A program made the translations under genes and the position numbers. A stretch of 64,000 bases of DNA from Cenarchaeum sp. (GTDB taxonomy: Archaea > Thermoproteota > Nitrososphaeria > Nitrososphaerales > Nitrosopumilaceae): NCBI GenBank assembly GCA_963692915.1, contig OY843584.1, forward strand, positions 544,001 to 608,000. The letters run 5' to 3'. The notes below the pieces were generated by a model. That model made no database searches. It was not told the origin of the DNA and saw only the letters and a list, made by a program, of their open reading frames with translations. Position 1 is the stretch's first letter. Every line of letters begins with the position of its first letter. Below are positions 49,080 to 61,710 of this stretch, one piece after another.

Positions 49080-50106
49080 AGTGCGCCTCGAGTGCGGCCT
49101 TTTTCTGCGCGAGGCCAAAGAGTGACTCTGTGCGGGCTTGTGCCTCAGCATATGGCCTCGCAAAGAGCATCGCCTGCATGAGCATGTGGTTCTCTGGTAT
49201 GACAATGCCGGTCTGGTCGTCCGAGTAGACGAGCTGCACGGTGTCGCCACGGCTGGCCGTCATCTCGGCGTGCACGTGAACCATGTTTGTGTCGGCTAGC
49301 GCGTCTGAAGAGCCTGCAAACTCGCGAATCTCCAGCGTGCCGCGCGCGCCCCATAGCGTGGCCACTGCGGCCTCGCCGGCTAGCGCAGCGTGAACGGCAT
49401 CGACTGTCGGCGCGTCTCCGGAGAAGCGCGCATCAAGTATGTGGACGTGCATCTGTCGTGTCGGAACCTTGACTGCCCTGACGTGTATCGGGATATCATC
49501 GCCCATGTGCGCCTTTACGTCCTCACCATGGTGCGGCGAGGATGTCATCTCTATCGTGTCCGGAATGTCAGTATGCTGCTCCATGTCAGCCCAGCGTCGG
49601 ATGAGCGTAATGTCAACTCGCACAAGCCTGCCCCCAAAGGCCTCGCCTAGCGGCCGTGTCACCTTGCCGATGCCCGTGACGTTACAGCTACCTTGCATCA
49701 CGTGAGTCTTTCCAATGGCTGCCGCATAGTTTGTGCGCGAGCTAAACAGCGTGTCCGAGACGGCACGCTTGCCGTATATCGTCTCGCCTCCCTGGTATAT
49801 CGCCATTATGCCGCGCGGCCCATACAGCGACACCTTGTTCTTGTTGCCCACGCCTCCCGGCGTGCAGTCTATGACAAGGTCACACGAGTCCAGGGCAGAC
49901 TCTATGCTTCCGCCTATTGCGGCGTCATCAAACTCGACCATCTTTGCCTCGGGGACATACACGGTGTGGCCGTCGGCAATGGCAGCCTCGATGCCGCGCG
50001 GTGTCGCCTTGCCGACTCCGACAAGCTCGATCTCGTCATCGCGGGCCACAAAGGCCGCAATCCTGCGCCCGATCGAGCCATACCCGTTGACAAACACGCG
50101 CTTCAT
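49054..50106 (-). CDS. gap: Archaeal type II glyceraldehyde-3-phosphate dehydrogenase
   Basis: VNGYGSIGRR, YQGGE, SCNVTG, IPEN. Confidence 0.9.
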   Translation of the reverse strand: MKRVFVNGYGSIGRRIAAFVARDDEIELVGVGKATPRGIEAAIADGHTVYVPEAKMVEFDDAAIGGSIESALDSCDLVIDCTPGGVGNKNKVSLYGPRGIMAIYQGGETIYGKRAVSDTLFSSRTNYAAAIGKTHVMQGSCNVTGIGKVTRPLGEAFGGRLVRVDITLIRRWADMEQHTDIPDTIEMTSSPHHGEDVKAHMGDDIPIHVRAVKVPTRQMHVHILDARFSGDAPTVDAVHAALAGEAAVATLWGARGTLEIREFAGSSDALADTNMVHVHAEMTASRGDTVQLVYSDDQTGIVIPENHMLMQAMLFARPYAEAQARTESLFGLAQKKAALEAHFSREAAQS

Positions 50107-50179
50107 TGGCGCGTGGCCCATTGCACACACAATATTAGTGGTGCAGGTTAAAATAGCGCTGCCGTGCGCCTTGCGCACG

Positions 50180-50905
50180 TTGAAAGTCGAGATCAGCCTG
50201 CCGTCAATGGGAATTGGAGCCGCAATAGCCGTTGCGGCCATCCTGGCACCGCTCTATGCGCTAGAGGTCACGACGCCCGAGCCGGCTCTGCGGGCCCCGC
50301 TTGGCATACCCACCACCGATGTCCTCGATCCCCCGCCAGCCGAGCCCACGCCAGAGCTCCTCCTGGCAAACGCCTCGCCCTTTCTTGGCGACGAGCGCGC
50401 CCCCGTCACGCTAATCGAGTTTGGCGATTATCAGTGCGCGTTCTGCCACAGGCACTTTGAGCGCACAGAGCCGACGATCGTCTCAGAATATGTCGAGACT
50501 GGCAAGGTTCGCATGCTCTTCAAGGACTTTGTGGTCATAGGACCAGACTCGGTCACTGCCGCGCGCGCGGCCCACTGCGCCGGAGACCAGGGCCTCTTTT
50601 GGGAGTTCCATGACGCGATATACCATGCGTACAATGGAGAGCGCACGGGCTGGGCATCCCTTGATGGCATGCGCGCAATCGCCTCTGGCGTCGATGGCCT
50701 CGACGAGTCGGCATGGGGTGCGTGCATGGCAGCCGGCACACACACTGACGTGATAAACGCGAGCAGGGCTGACGCTCAGGCACTCGGGCTCAACGGCACA
50801 CCGGCGTTCTATGTCATCGGTGCTGACGGTGATGTCTACCTCATGCGTGGCGCCAAGCCGCTCTCCGAGTTTACAAGCGTTCTTGATCGCGCAATTTCGG
50901 GCTAG
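50180..50905 (+). CDS. DsbA-family thioredoxin-fold protein
   Basis: EFGDYQCAFC, NGTPAF; N-terminal TM. Confidence 0.9.
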   Translation: MKVEISLPSMGIGAAIAVAAILAPLYALEVTTPEPALRAPLGIPTTDVLDPPPAEPTPELLLANASPFLGDERAPVTLIEFGDYQCAFCHRHFERTEPTIVSEYVETGKVRMLFKDFVVIGPDSVTAARAAHCAGDQGLFWEFHDAIYHAYNGERTGWASLDGMRAIASGVDGLDESAWGACMAAGTHTDVINASRADAQALGLNGTPAFYVIGADGDVYLMRGAKPLSEFTSVLDRAISG

Positions 50906-50952
50906 GCGTGTGCAGGATATAAAGGCGTGACATATCCTTATAAGCAATAGGC

Positions 50953-52342
50953 ATGGCGCTCTTTGCCATGCCAGCAGGCATTGACGACATTGCCGTGTAC
51001 GTTCCAAGACTGTATGTTGACGCCGAAGACTTTGCCGAGCACAGGGGAATCAGCGCATCAAAGCTGCGCCAGGGACTCGGCGTGTCGCAGATGGCCATGG
51101 TCGACGCAAACCAGGATCCGGCGTGCCTTGCGGCCAATGCGTGCCTAAAGATAATGCAAAAGAACCGCCTAAAGCCAGGCGACATTGGCCGCCTCTATGC
51201 GTCAACAGAGTCGTCGATGGACGAGTCCAAGGCGATGAACACGTATGTCATTGGCATGCTCGAGCAGGTCTACGGCAGGGGCACATTTGAGCACTGCGGG
51301 GGGATCGAGACAAAGTTTGCGTGCGTGTCAGGATCATACTCGCTATATGACAATGCCAACTGGATACGTGCCGGTGAGGCAGGGGGCAACAAGGCGATCG
51401 TCGTCGTCTCTGACATTGCAAAGTACGACATGGGATCATCAGGCGAGCTCACGCAGGGCGCAGGAGCCGTGGCAATGCTCCTGAGCGACAACCCGCGCCT
51501 TCTCGAGTTTGACGCACGCGTGACGTCGACGTCGATACGCGACGAGTATGACTTTTACCGCCCGACAGGCAAGCCGACCCCCGTTGTCCATGGCCAGTAC
51601 TCCAACCTCCTCTACCTCATACAGGTCCGCAACACGCTTGAGGCATACAAGAAAAAGGCCTTTGAGACCGGCCTCATAAGCCTGGCAGACGGCGAGACGA
51701 TACTGGACCACATTGACTATCTGTGCGTTCACCTGCCGTACGCAAACATGGGCAAAAAGGCCCTTGCGTACCTGCTGCGCCACGAGTGGCGAGGCCTTCC
51801 ACGCTGGAAGAAGATCATAGAGTCAGTCGGCATGAAAGAGCCGGCTCCAAAGTCTGGCGGTACGATTGAGGCAATCCTGGATGACAGCAAATTCATGGAG
51901 CAGGATCACCAGTTCAACCGAATGTTTGTAAAGACTGACGAGTATATGGAGGCATATGACTCAAAGCTCGCAAGCTCTCTGCGCGCGGCCACAATGGTCG
52001 GCAACATTTACACGGCGTCGCTATACCTCAGCTTTAGGAGCGCGCTAGAGTTTGAGCACAACCGTGGCGCAGACCTTGAGGGCAAGAGGTTTGGCTTTGG
52101 CTCGTACGGCTCGGGAAGCTCGGCGATGGTGTTCTCGGGTGTCATACGCCCCGACTACAAGGAGGTCGTAGAGCCCATGAACATCGCAGCCGAGATGGGA
52201 GAGCGAAGGCGCCTGACGTTTGAGGAGTATGAACAGATACACGAGAACATGATACGGCCGCGCGACTCGATACTCGATGCGAGCAGGGAGTTTGTCCTAA
52301 TAGACGTAAAGACGACACCAGAGTCGCAGGGCGAGCGGCGGT

Positions 52343-52359
<17 letters not shown>
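50953..52359 (+). CDS. HMG-CoA synthase
   Basis: TES..D.SK, ETKFAC, TQGAGAVA, HLPY, GNIYTAS, SYGSG. Confidence 0.93.
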
Positions 52360-53653
<1,294 letters not shown>

Positions 53654-53860
53654 TTACTTGCGTGAATTGTGGCACATACTGCGAATTTTGCACGCAGGCA
53701 GGCCTCGTCATGCAGGGCATGTGTGCCTAGTTCCCAAACGCAGACTCGCGTGAAAACAACGCCCAGTTGGGCATCTTGCGCACGCGCAATGATCTGGCTA
53801 CGGTCTGAAAATCTTTCGAGCCATATCATGAATGGAGGACGGGGCAGAACATGGCCAACC

Positions 53861-54973
53861 CTAGGAGCGCATGACTAGCACGGTGGAGGATGTGGCCGCC
53901 GCTGCCATGTTGTGGACCAGGCCCGTTCTGGCGGACTCGACTTGTCGTCTGCCGGCCCGTCCGCCAAGCTGCCTTGATATCTCGACGGCCTGTGCGATTC
54001 CTGTTGCCCCTAGCGCGTGGCCTGCGCCCAGTATTCCGCCGCGCGGGTTTAGCGCCCTGCTGCCCGTTGAGTGCATGTCGCAGATTGCCGCAGCGCCACG
54101 GCCCTGTGGCGCCATGCCGACGGCCTCGGCTGCCATCGCCTCGCACACGGCAAACGCGTCATGGACCTCGGCTACGTCAATGCCCGCAGCGTCCGTGCGT
54201 GCCATGCGAAGCGCGTCAGCTGACGCCTTTGCGGCAGACTCGAGGCCTGACATTGACGAGTTGGACAGCAGGCTGGCCCCCAGCGTGCTCTGGCCGACAC
54301 CGCATATCCATGCAGGCGTCTCACAGGCCCTGCGCGCCATGCCTTCGGAGGCCACAATCACGGCCGCAGCTCCCGTGCACGCCCTCGAGCACTCTAGGAG
54401 GCGCAGGCAGGGCGCGACGGGGCGCGAGGCCATGACGTCATCGACCGTCCAGGCGTCGTGCGCATAGGCATCGGGGTTTGCCTGCGCGTTCTGGTGCGCG
54501 CGTGCGGCGACTGTCGCAATCTCCTCGGGGCCCACGCCGTGCTCACCCATGTATGCGCGCGCAAAGCGTGACGCCCATGCCACCGGACGGCGGTCATCCC
54601 CGCGCGACTCGTCCCACTCAAACACGCGACCCGGCCCGTCATGCGCGTCGGCTCCGGCAACTAGAATCATGTCGGCAAGTCCGGCCCTGACGTGCGCGTA
54701 TGCCGAGACTATTGCGTTTGTCCCCGAGCTGCACAGGCTCTCAACGGTCTGTGCGGTGCCGGCCCGCGCGCCGAGCGCCTCGGCGAGGATTGGGCCAAGA
54801 TACCCCGCATTGTCGTTAGTCGAGACGATGACGCCCCCAATGTCGGCGCCCTCGATGCCATTCGTGGACCCTAGCGCGCCTTGCGATGCCTCGCGCAGCA
54901 GGCCCTCGATCGAGGCGCTGCCCTGGGCCTCAAAGCGCACAGTTGCGGCACCCACTATGGCCACACGGTCCAC
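53861..54973 (-). CDS. Thiolase family protein
   Basis: ESLCSSG, AEVHDAF, NPRGG...GHALGATG. Confidence 0.92.
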   Translation of the reverse strand: MDRVAIVGAATVRFEAQGSASIEGLLREASQGALGSTNGIEGADIGGVIVSTNDNAGYLGPILAEALGARAGTAQTVESLCSSGTNAIVSAYAHVRAGLADMILVAGADAHDGPGRVFEWDESRGDDRRPVAWASRFARAYMGEHGVGPEEIATVAARAHQNAQANPDAYAHDAWTVDDVMASRPVAPCLRLLECSRACTGAAAVIVASEGMARRACETPAWICGVGQSTLGASLLSNSSMSGLESAAKASADALRMARTDAAGIDVAEVHDAFAVCEAMAAEAVGMAPQGRGAAAICDMHSTGSRALNPRGGILGAGHALGATGIAQAVEISRQLGGRAGRRQVESARTGLVHNMAAAATSSTVLVMRS

Positions 54974-55942
54974 TCACTCACCCCCAAAGGCTGACACTAG
55001 CAGGCCAAATGACTCGGCGACATCGCCGACAGGGTTGAACTGGAGTATCGGGTGCGTCACGCCGGCATCGACAAACCTTTTGAGCTGCTGCCTGCATGAC
55101 TCGGGGGCCCCAAACACGGCGAGCTCGCGCGCCATCGAGTCAGGCACCAGGTCCGCACAGCGCGGCACACCTGTCCTCACGTACTCGTCATGGATCGCCG
55201 CAGTCTCCGAGGCGTACCCGTTGCGCGCGAGAAACTCCCTGTATGCCCTGCCGACTGCGACATAGAACGATATCGTCGACTTTGCCCTCTTGATGGCCGC
55301 CTCCTCGTCATGCGAGACTGCCGTTATTATCTGGAGCGCGATGTCAAGGTCGGGGTTTGAGCTCCGCAGGCGCGCAGCGGCCGCAGGGATCTCGTGGATC
55401 GGCCGCAGGTAGAGTATCGCGCCGTCGGCGACCTCGGCGGCTAGTGAGACCATTGCGGGGCCGACTGCTGCAAGGTATATCGGAATCCGCTTGCGAACCG
55501 GCCGTATGAGCAGGCCAAAGCCCGAGAGGCTAAACAGACGCCCGTCATGCTCTATCTTTTCTCCCGAGCACGCAAGGCGCACAATCTCGACATACTCGCG
55601 CACGCGCGCAAGCGGCGAGTCCTGGCTCATGCCATGCAGTCCGCCGACGATCGGCGCGCTGCTAGCCCCGAGCCCGAGTATCGTCCTCCCGCCGCCAAGC
55701 GTGTCAGCAGTTAGTGCGCCCATGGCGACTAGGGCCGGCGAGCGCGAATAGACGTTGATGATCGACGAGCCAATCCTGGGCAGGCGGGCCACTTGTGACA
55801 CGGCGCCCATCATCGCAAAGCACTCCATGCCCCACGTCTCGGGTATCCAGATGGTGTCAGTCTCGGCCCTGTCAGCAACCCTTGCGCAAGAGACGACCTC
55901 GTCGACTGTGAGGAGGGAGCCCAGGCTGTACGACACGCGCAT
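54974..55942 (-). CDS. Luciferase-like (F420-dependent) oxidoreductase
   Basis: WIPETWG, NVYSRSPA, LGLG, PIYLAAVGP. Confidence 0.9.
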   Translation of the reverse strand: MRVSYSLGSLLTVDEVVSCARVADRAETDTIWIPETWGMECFAMMGAVSQVARLPRIGSSIINVYSRSPALVAMGALTADTLGGGRTILGLGASSAPIVGGLHGMSQDSPLARVREYVEIVRLACSGEKIEHDGRLFSLSGFGLLIRPVRKRIPIYLAAVGPAMVSLAAEVADGAILYLRPIHEIPAAAARLRSSNPDLDIALQIITAVSHDEEAAIKRAKSTISFYVAVGRAYREFLARNGYASETAAIHDEYVRTGVPRCADLVPDSMARELAVFGAPESCRQQLKRFVDAGVTHPILQFNPVGDVAESFGLLVSAFGGE

Positions 55943-55972
55943 CTTGCGTGCGTGGCCGCACGCGCGTATATT

Positions 55973-56668
55973 CTAGTGTTTCACCGCCCTTTTGCCATAT
56001 GGCGGCATTATCGAGCGCACGCGCACGGCGCACTCGGCGAGGTCACGGTGCGAGTCTATCGAGTGCCACTGCGCGCCGGCAAACCTCTCCATGCCAAGCT
56101 CTCCACGGGCGGCCATCCTCGCAAAGAGCGTCCTCTCGGCGTCGCCCTTGCGCGGCATCGCGCGCAGTGTCTGGCACGACAGGTGGTACACGCCTGCGTT
56201 CATCCACATGTCGCCGACCTCGCCCTTTTCGCGAAATGCCGTGAGCGCATCACCACTTGACTCTAGCACGCCATACTGCGTGCGCAGGCGCACGGCTGCG
56301 ATCGAGTCTGTCCTGCGCGCAAGCCTCTTGATGTCGATATCCGTGATCACGTCCCCATTGATCACAATGGCAGACTTGCCCCTGACTAGCGGCTCGGCCC
56401 GCCTCATGGCCCCGCCTGTCCCAAGCGGCGAGGTCTCAGCCGAGACGACGACAGACTTGCCCATGCCGCGCGCCTCGACATAGTTCTCTATCTGCCCTGC
56501 CCTGTATCCCGTGCACACGACAATTCTGCGCACCCCATGGTGGCGCAGGTATCCCACCTGCCACTCGAGTATGGGGATGTTGTCCAGCGGAACTAGTGGC
56601 TTTGGCAGATAGTCCGTTATTGGCCTGAGCCTCTCGCCCCTGCCCCCCGCAAGTATCATCGCGTCCAT
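55973..56668 (-). CDS. Sugar-phosphate nucleotidyltransferase
   Basis: ILAGGRGERLRPIT..PKPL, PLGTGGA, NGD, NAGVY. Confidence 0.92.
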   Translation of the reverse strand: MDAMILAGGRGERLRPITDYLPKPLVPLDNIPILEWQVGYLRHHGVRRIVVCTGYRAGQIENYVEARGMGKSVVVSAETSPLGTGGAMRRAEPLVRGKSAIVINGDVITDIDIKRLARRTDSIAAVRLRTQYGVLESSGDALTAFREKGEVGDMWMNAGVYHLSCQTLRAMPRKGDAERTLFARMAARGELGMERFAGAQWHSIDSHRDLAECAVRVRSIMPPYGKRAVKH

Positions 56669-56751
56669 GCGTGCGCTCGCCCGTGTAGCCCATAATTCAA
56701 GTGTAGCGCATGTCCTGCGCGCATAGGCATAGCGCCACACGCCTCACCGGC

Positions 56752-57285
56752 CTATGTGCCGCCTGCGCCGAGTATGGCGGTTCCAAGATAGTATCCGGCC
56801 ATTATGAGCGCAGTGCACCAGACCACCGAGCCGACAAGCGTGTACAGCACAAATACGCCGACGCGCATGCCAAGGAGGCCTGCAGGTATCGAGACTAGCT
56901 CACGAAAGACCGGAACCATCCGGCCGACGAGAACCGCCTTGTGGCCGTGCCGACCAAACCACGCCTCTGCGCGCTCGACGCGCGCAGGGCCCACTCTGGC
57001 TCGGCGCAGGTGGCGCAGAACTGCGGCCCTGCCGAGGCGGCGCGAGGCGACATAGAGGACGAGTGCGCTCACCGTCGCGCCGGCGCCACCGGGTATTCCA
57101 AGGAGTGCGGCCTGGACGGGGCCGACTCCGGCCTGTGCTGCGACATATCCGGCCGTGGGCAGGACGAGCAGGGTGGGCACTGGCGGCACGATCGTCTCGA
57201 CTAGCGAGGCCAAAAAGACGCCGATGACGAGATTTTCAGATATTAGGTTCACTAGCCACTCGGCGATGGTCGCTAGCGCATCCAT
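56752..57285 (-). CDS. DedA family membrane protein
   Basis: ETIVPPVP, WFGRHG, GRMVPVFRELVSIPAG. Confidence 0.92.
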   Translation of the reverse strand: MDALATIAEWLVNLISENLVIGVFLASLVETIVPPVPTLLVLPTAGYVAAQAGVGPVQAALLGIPGGAGATVSALVLYVASRRLGRAAVLRHLRRARVGPARVERAEAWFGRHGHKAVLVGRMVPVFRELVSIPAGLLGMRVGVFVLYTLVGSVVWCTALIMAGYYLGTAILGAGGT

Positions 57286-57295
57286 CTGCGCCGAA

Positions 57296-57688
57296 TCACC
57301 GGCGTGGGCGCATCGCTCGGTGTGCGCCTAGCGCGGCGACTAGAACGCCGATTCCGACTAGCGGTCCGGCCTCCATTGCGGCATTGCGGCCGCCCTCCAT
57401 GGCCGTCGATGGGTCGGCCAGGGCAAGAACTGCTGCGCCACCAACTGCGATAAGCGCACCGGACACGATGATCATTGCGCCAAGACCCACGGACGCCTCG
57501 CGCCGCGAGATGACATATGCTATGAACGGCAGGACGATCGACGGGCCGCCAATGCCAATGCCTCGCGTCTTGCTGTCAAGTGGCAAAAACCCCGACTCTG
57601 CGCCCTGGGAGACCGCAACGTCGGCCCCATATATCGAGAGTAGTGCGATCGAGATGCCGACTAGGACATATGCTATAGCCGAGGCCAT
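57296..57688 (-). CDS. Four-TM hypothetical membrane protein
   Basis: Four hydrophobic segments; TTTATAA upstream. Confidence 0.7.
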   Translation of the reverse strand: MASAIAYVLVGISIALLSIYGADVAVSQGAESGFLPLDSKTRGIGIGGPSIVLPFIAYVISRREASVGLGAMIIVSGALIAVGGAAVLALADPSTAMEGGRNAAMEAGPLVGIGVLVAALGAHRAMRPRR

Positions 57689-57721
57689 CGTTGGGGCATG
57701 GCCCTGAACGTGGTTATAAAC

Positions 57722-58888
57722 CTAAACGCGTGCGCGAACCTCGAGTGCGCCGCGTGCTGCGTCGAGTGAATCGAGGAGATCATTGACGTCCTGGCCGTGT
57801 TCGCCGACAATGTTGGCATGGCCAAGCTTGCGACGTGGCCTTGTGGTGGCCTTGTGGTACATCTTTACATGCACACGCGCATCACCTGACTTGGGCTCGG
57901 CATATTCGCCCTCTAGGCCGTCAGGCCCGAGGATGTTGTGCATTATTGTGGGCCTCAGTATCTCCACCGGGCCTGGATCCATTCCAAGGATCGCCCTCAG
58001 GTGCTGCTCAAACTGTGACACCCTGCATGAGTGGAGCGTGTGGTGGCCAGAGTTGTGCACCCGCGGCGCTATCTCGTTGACGAGTATCTCGCCCCTGCGC
58101 GTCACAAACATCTCTATTCCAAACACGCCTGCCCCCTCTAGCGCGTCAAGCGTCATGCGTGCCACCTCGGCGGCGCGCATCACGACATTGCGGCTTGCGC
58201 GCGCAGGCGCTATTGTAGTGCGCAGTATTCCCCGATCATGAATGTTCTCAACTGGCGGGTATGCGGCGACATCACCGCGCGTGTTGCGCGCAATGATCAC
58301 AGAGACTTCCATCTCAAAGTCCACCCTCCTCTCCAGCATCGTTGGCCGTCCTCCAAAGTGCTCAAGTGCTGACGCATAGTTCTTTACGCCACGCATGTCA
58401 AGGTTTCCCTTGCCATCATACCCGCCGCGCCTGGCCTTGAGAACCACCCTCCTGCCAAACTTTGCCGTGACGCGCTCGAGGTCATCTAGCCCGTCGACTC
58501 GCGCAAAGTCGGGAACCGGTATGCCGCGCGAGGAGAGGAACTCTTTTTGCGTGAGCTTGTCATTGATCGTGCGAAGTGTCGCAGGCGAGGGCTCCACGCG
58601 CGCCGTTCCCGAGGCCGCAGCACGCTCTAGCGCGTCGGCGTTGCCGCCCTCAAACTCGTACGTGATCACGTCGCACTTTTCTGCAAGCCTTGCCGTCGCG
58701 TCAGCATCATCGTACGGTGCGACGATCTGCTCGGCTCCGGCGAGTGTCGCCGGACACCCCGGTGTCGGATCCAGGACGGTGACGCCGGATATGTCGTCCT
58801 TCATGGACGCGGCGGCCTCGGCGAGCATCATGCCGAGCTGGCCGCCGCCGATGATTCCGACTGACTTCATGCGCTCCCAGTGCGCCAT
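57722..58888 (-). CDS. purK: N5-carboxyaminoimidazole ribonucleotide synthase
   Basis: GIIGGGQLG, GYDGKG, NEIAPRVHNSGH, RKLGH. Confidence 0.95.
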   Translation of the reverse strand: MAHWERMKSVGIIGGGQLGMMLAEAAASMKDDISGVTVLDPTPGCPATLAGAEQIVAPYDDADATARLAEKCDVITYEFEGGNADALERAAASGTARVEPSPATLRTINDKLTQKEFLSSRGIPVPDFARVDGLDDLERVTAKFGRRVVLKARRGGYDGKGNLDMRGVKNYASALEHFGGRPTMLERRVDFEMEVSVIIARNTRGDVAAYPPVENIHDRGILRTTIAPARASRNVVMRAAEVARMTLDALEGAGVFGIEMFVTRRGEILVNEIAPRVHNSGHHTLHSCRVSQFEQHLRAILGMDPGPVEILRPTIMHNILGPDGLEGEYAEPKSGDARVHVKMYHKATTRPRRKLGHANIVGEHGQDVNDLLDSLDAARGALEVRARV

Positions 58889-58952
58889 TGAGGGATTAAA
58901 AACCATGAGCGCACATAGGGTAATTAACCCCCGTGCACCGTGCCATGCGCAC

Positions 58953-59531
58953 TTGGCGCGCACCGCAAGGCCCCTAGTGGGCATAATCATGGGCTCATCC
59001 TCGGACAGCGAGACTATGAGCGCGGCAGCCGAGGTTCTAGACAGGTTTGGCGTCGCACACGAGGACCAGATAGTCTCGGCGCACAGAACGCCGGCACGCC
59101 TCGCCGAGTACGCGCGCCATGCCGAGGAGATCGGCCTTGGCGCAATCATAGCCGGCGCAGGCGGAGCAGCACACCTCCCTGGCATGATCGCATCGAACAC
59201 GCTCATTCCGGTCATAGGCGTGCCCATAGCGGCCGGCGCGACACGTCGCGTGCGCACAACTCCGGCGCGCCTCGCCGCGCTAGGTGGCCTTGACGCACTC
59301 CTCTCAATCTCCGAGATGCCCACCGGCTCCCCCGTCGCATGCGTCGGCATAAACAAGGCCGCCAACGCCGGCCTTTATGCGCTAAAGATACTCGCCATAG
59401 AGTCACCTGCGCTGCGCAAGAGGCTAGCATCACACAGGCTAGAGCAGCACAAATCAGTCGTTAAAGAGTCCGAGAGGATGCGCAAGGCCGGAATTCGCGC
59501 GTTCTCGGCGCGCCTCAAGAAAGCACGCTAA
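58953..59531 (+). CDS. purE: N5-CAIR mutase
   Basis: IIMGSSSD, SAHRTP, AGGAAHLPGM. Confidence 0.95.
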   Translation: MARTARPLVGIIMGSSSDSETMSAAAEVLDRFGVAHEDQIVSAHRTPARLAEYARHAEEIGLGAIIAGAGGAAHLPGMIASNTLIPVIGVPIAAGATRRVRTTPARLAALGGLDALLSISEMPTGSPVACVGINKAANAGLYALKILAIESPALRKRLASHRLEQHKSVVKESERMRKAGIRAFSARLKKAR

Positions 59532-60723
59532 ACTGCAGGTCAAGGGCGCGCAGGCTCGCTAGGAGCTCTTTGGTGTTCTGCGGCCCCTGCGTCTCTAGGC
59601 TCATCGTGACGCCGGCCGAGCCGGCGTTTATGCTGGAGCTCAGCCTGTCGTGGACAACCTCGACAATGTTGACGTTTGCGCTAGTTATGGCGTTAACTAT
59701 GTCTCTGAACATACCCGGCCGGTCATGGAGTATGACAGATATCTTTAGTAGACGGCCCGTTGCGGCAAGTCCCTTGTCGACAATCTGGCCGAGGAGATAC
59801 ATGTCAATGTTGCCGCCTGCAAGGATCGCGACTGTCTTTTTTCCTAGCGAGGGTTTTTGTGCCAAGAGGTACGCAAGGCCGGCGACGCCGGCCGGTTCGA
59901 CAACGGTCTTTGCGCGCTCCATCAGGTAGAACATTGCGCGTATGAGCGAAGTGTCGTCCACGGGGACGACGTCATCGGCAAGCCGCCTAACGATGTCAAG
60001 GGTCATGCTCCCTGGCCTTTTTACCGATATGCCGTCAGCTATTGTCCTCCCGCCCTCTACTGTGGTCTGCGTGCCCCGCCTCAACGACTCTATCATCGAC
60101 GGAAACGCCGATGACTGGACGCCGATTACGCGAACCGACGGGTGCGTCTCCTTTACGGCAACGAGCACGCCGGCGGCGAGGCCCCCTCCACCGAGTGGCA
60201 GGTATATCTCATCGACGTCAGGCAGATCCTCGAGTATCTCAAGGCCAATGACGCCCTGCGCGGCGATCACCTTTTCGTCATCAAACGCGTGGATGATCGT
60301 GGCCCCGCTCGAGGATGCCAGCGTGCGCGCATGCTCCCACGCCTCGTCATAGCTTGCGCCATGAAGGACGACATCAGCGCCATATCCGGCCGTCGCTGCC
60401 ACCTTTGCCGGTGATGCCGATGTGGGCATTACGATCGTGCATCGTATGCCCTCCGAGCTTGCCGCGTACGCCACTCCCTGCGCGTGGTTTCCGGCCGAGG
60501 CGGCGACCACGCCGGCACGCCTCTCGTCTGCACTCATGGACATTATGCGGTGGGACGCCCCGCGTATCTTGAAAGAGCCCGTCTTTTGGCGATACTCTTC
60601 CTTGAGGTAGACGTCCGAGCCCGTCTCCTGGCTAAAGAACGGCGAGCGCGTAAGGGGCGTGTGGCGTATGCCCTTTCCTCGCTCCCTGTTGGCCTCTAGC
60701 ACATCCGCGTATGTGACTCCCAT
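59515..60723 (-). CDS. ilvA: Threonine ammonia-lyase with ACT domain
   Basis: QKTGSFKIRGA, SAGNHAQG, GGGGL, DRPG. Confidence 0.93.
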   Translation of the reverse strand: MGVTYADVLEANRERGKGIRHTPLTRSPFFSQETGSDVYLKEEYRQKTGSFKIRGASHRIMSMSADERRAGVVAASAGNHAQGVAYAASSEGIRCTIVMPTSASPAKVAATAGYGADVVLHGASYDEAWEHARTLASSSGATIIHAFDDEKVIAAQGVIGLEILEDLPDVDEIYLPLGGGGLAAGVLVAVKETHPSVRVIGVQSSAFPSMIESLRRGTQTTVEGGRTIADGISVKRPGSMTLDIVRRLADDVVPVDDTSLIRAMFYLMERAKTVVEPAGVAGLAYLLAQKPSLGKKTVAILAGGNIDMYLLGQIVDKGLAATGRLLKISVILHDRPGMFRDIVNAITSANVNIVEVVHDRLSSSINAGSAGVTMSLETQGPQNTKELLASLRALDLQFSVLS

Positions 60724-60845
60724 GATGGCCGCATGGCGCAGGTTATCGTATATTTGAATTTCCATCGTTGCAGGCGCACGTCAGGCACGCGAAGAACAGA
60801 AATGTCCGCAGTCATCCGGTATTGCGTGCGGTGCCAAACCGCGCG

Positions 60846-61673
60846 TCACTGTGCACTTTCTAGTGCGCCACGAAGCTGTTGCACCCTGCGCACTATTGCC
60901 CCGCGCTCTTTGTCAGGAATCGTTTCAGGATCAAGCCCACCGCCAACGTGCTCGAGATCCAGTGAAAAGACATATCCCTCCTCCCCGCCGACAAGGCGCG
61001 CCTCGTCGATAACCACCTGTGATGTCCTGTACGTCTCAAGAAGGTAAGTGTCAAGCTCGGCAAAAAGCTCGGCCTTTGTCTCCTCAAGCGATTTTGCTGA
61101 CGGTCCGGCACTTGCGTCAATCTCGTTGACAATGCTTTCGCGGAGACCCTCGTCATTGTAGAGTGCCTCAAATATCTCCTGTTCGCTCTTTGGTGCGGTG
61201 CTGGTTCGTTCTAGCCGCTTGCGCACGATCACATCAGCTGCATTTGCGCGATCCTCGCCGGCGCCGGCCCGTTCGATGGCCTCACCAAGCCTTTTCTGGC
61301 AGTCCATGACGCGCTGGTCAGGAACATAGTAGAGGAGCACGTGGTACTGGAGGGAGAGATGGCCCGAGAGCGCATAGTTGCCCTCGCTGACAGTAAACTT
61401 GGTAAAGAGTCGCCGCTTGTCGTCGTTGCTCGTTGTGCTCACGGCGCGTGAGTCCCACTCGTCAAGGGCAAGGACGACTTGTTCCAGTGCCGCATGCGCG
61501 CGCTGTGGATCAAATGTCTCCTCGTCGCTCACTGTGCCGTCGCCAAGCATAACGTGCGCGCGTGTCGTTCCGGTACACCGGTTCATCAGGCGTCCGTATG
61601 CGCCGCGCGCCGCGTCGGCCTCGGCGGCCAGCTTGGCCATAAACTCGTCCTCGACGCCGGTTCCGAGCCTCAT
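60846..61673 (-). CDS. Hypothetical protein
   Basis: Long ORF divergent from the cyclase. Confidence 0.7.
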   Translation of the reverse strand: MRLGTGVEDEFMAKLAAEADAARGAYGRLMNRCTGTTRAHVMLGDGTVSDEETFDPQRAHAALEQVVLALDEWDSRAVSTTSNDDKRRLFTKFTVSEGNYALSGHLSLQYHVLLYYVPDQRVMDCQKRLGEAIERAGAGEDRANAADVIVRKRLERTSTAPKSEQEIFEALYNDEGLRESIVNEIDASAGPSAKSLEETKAELFAELDTYLLETYRTSQVVIDEARLVGGEEGYVFSLDLEHVGGGLDPETIPDKERGAIVRRVQQLRGALESAQ

Positions 61674-61710
61674 GCGCCACGGTTTAGCACACCTTGCCAT
61701 AAATCCTTGC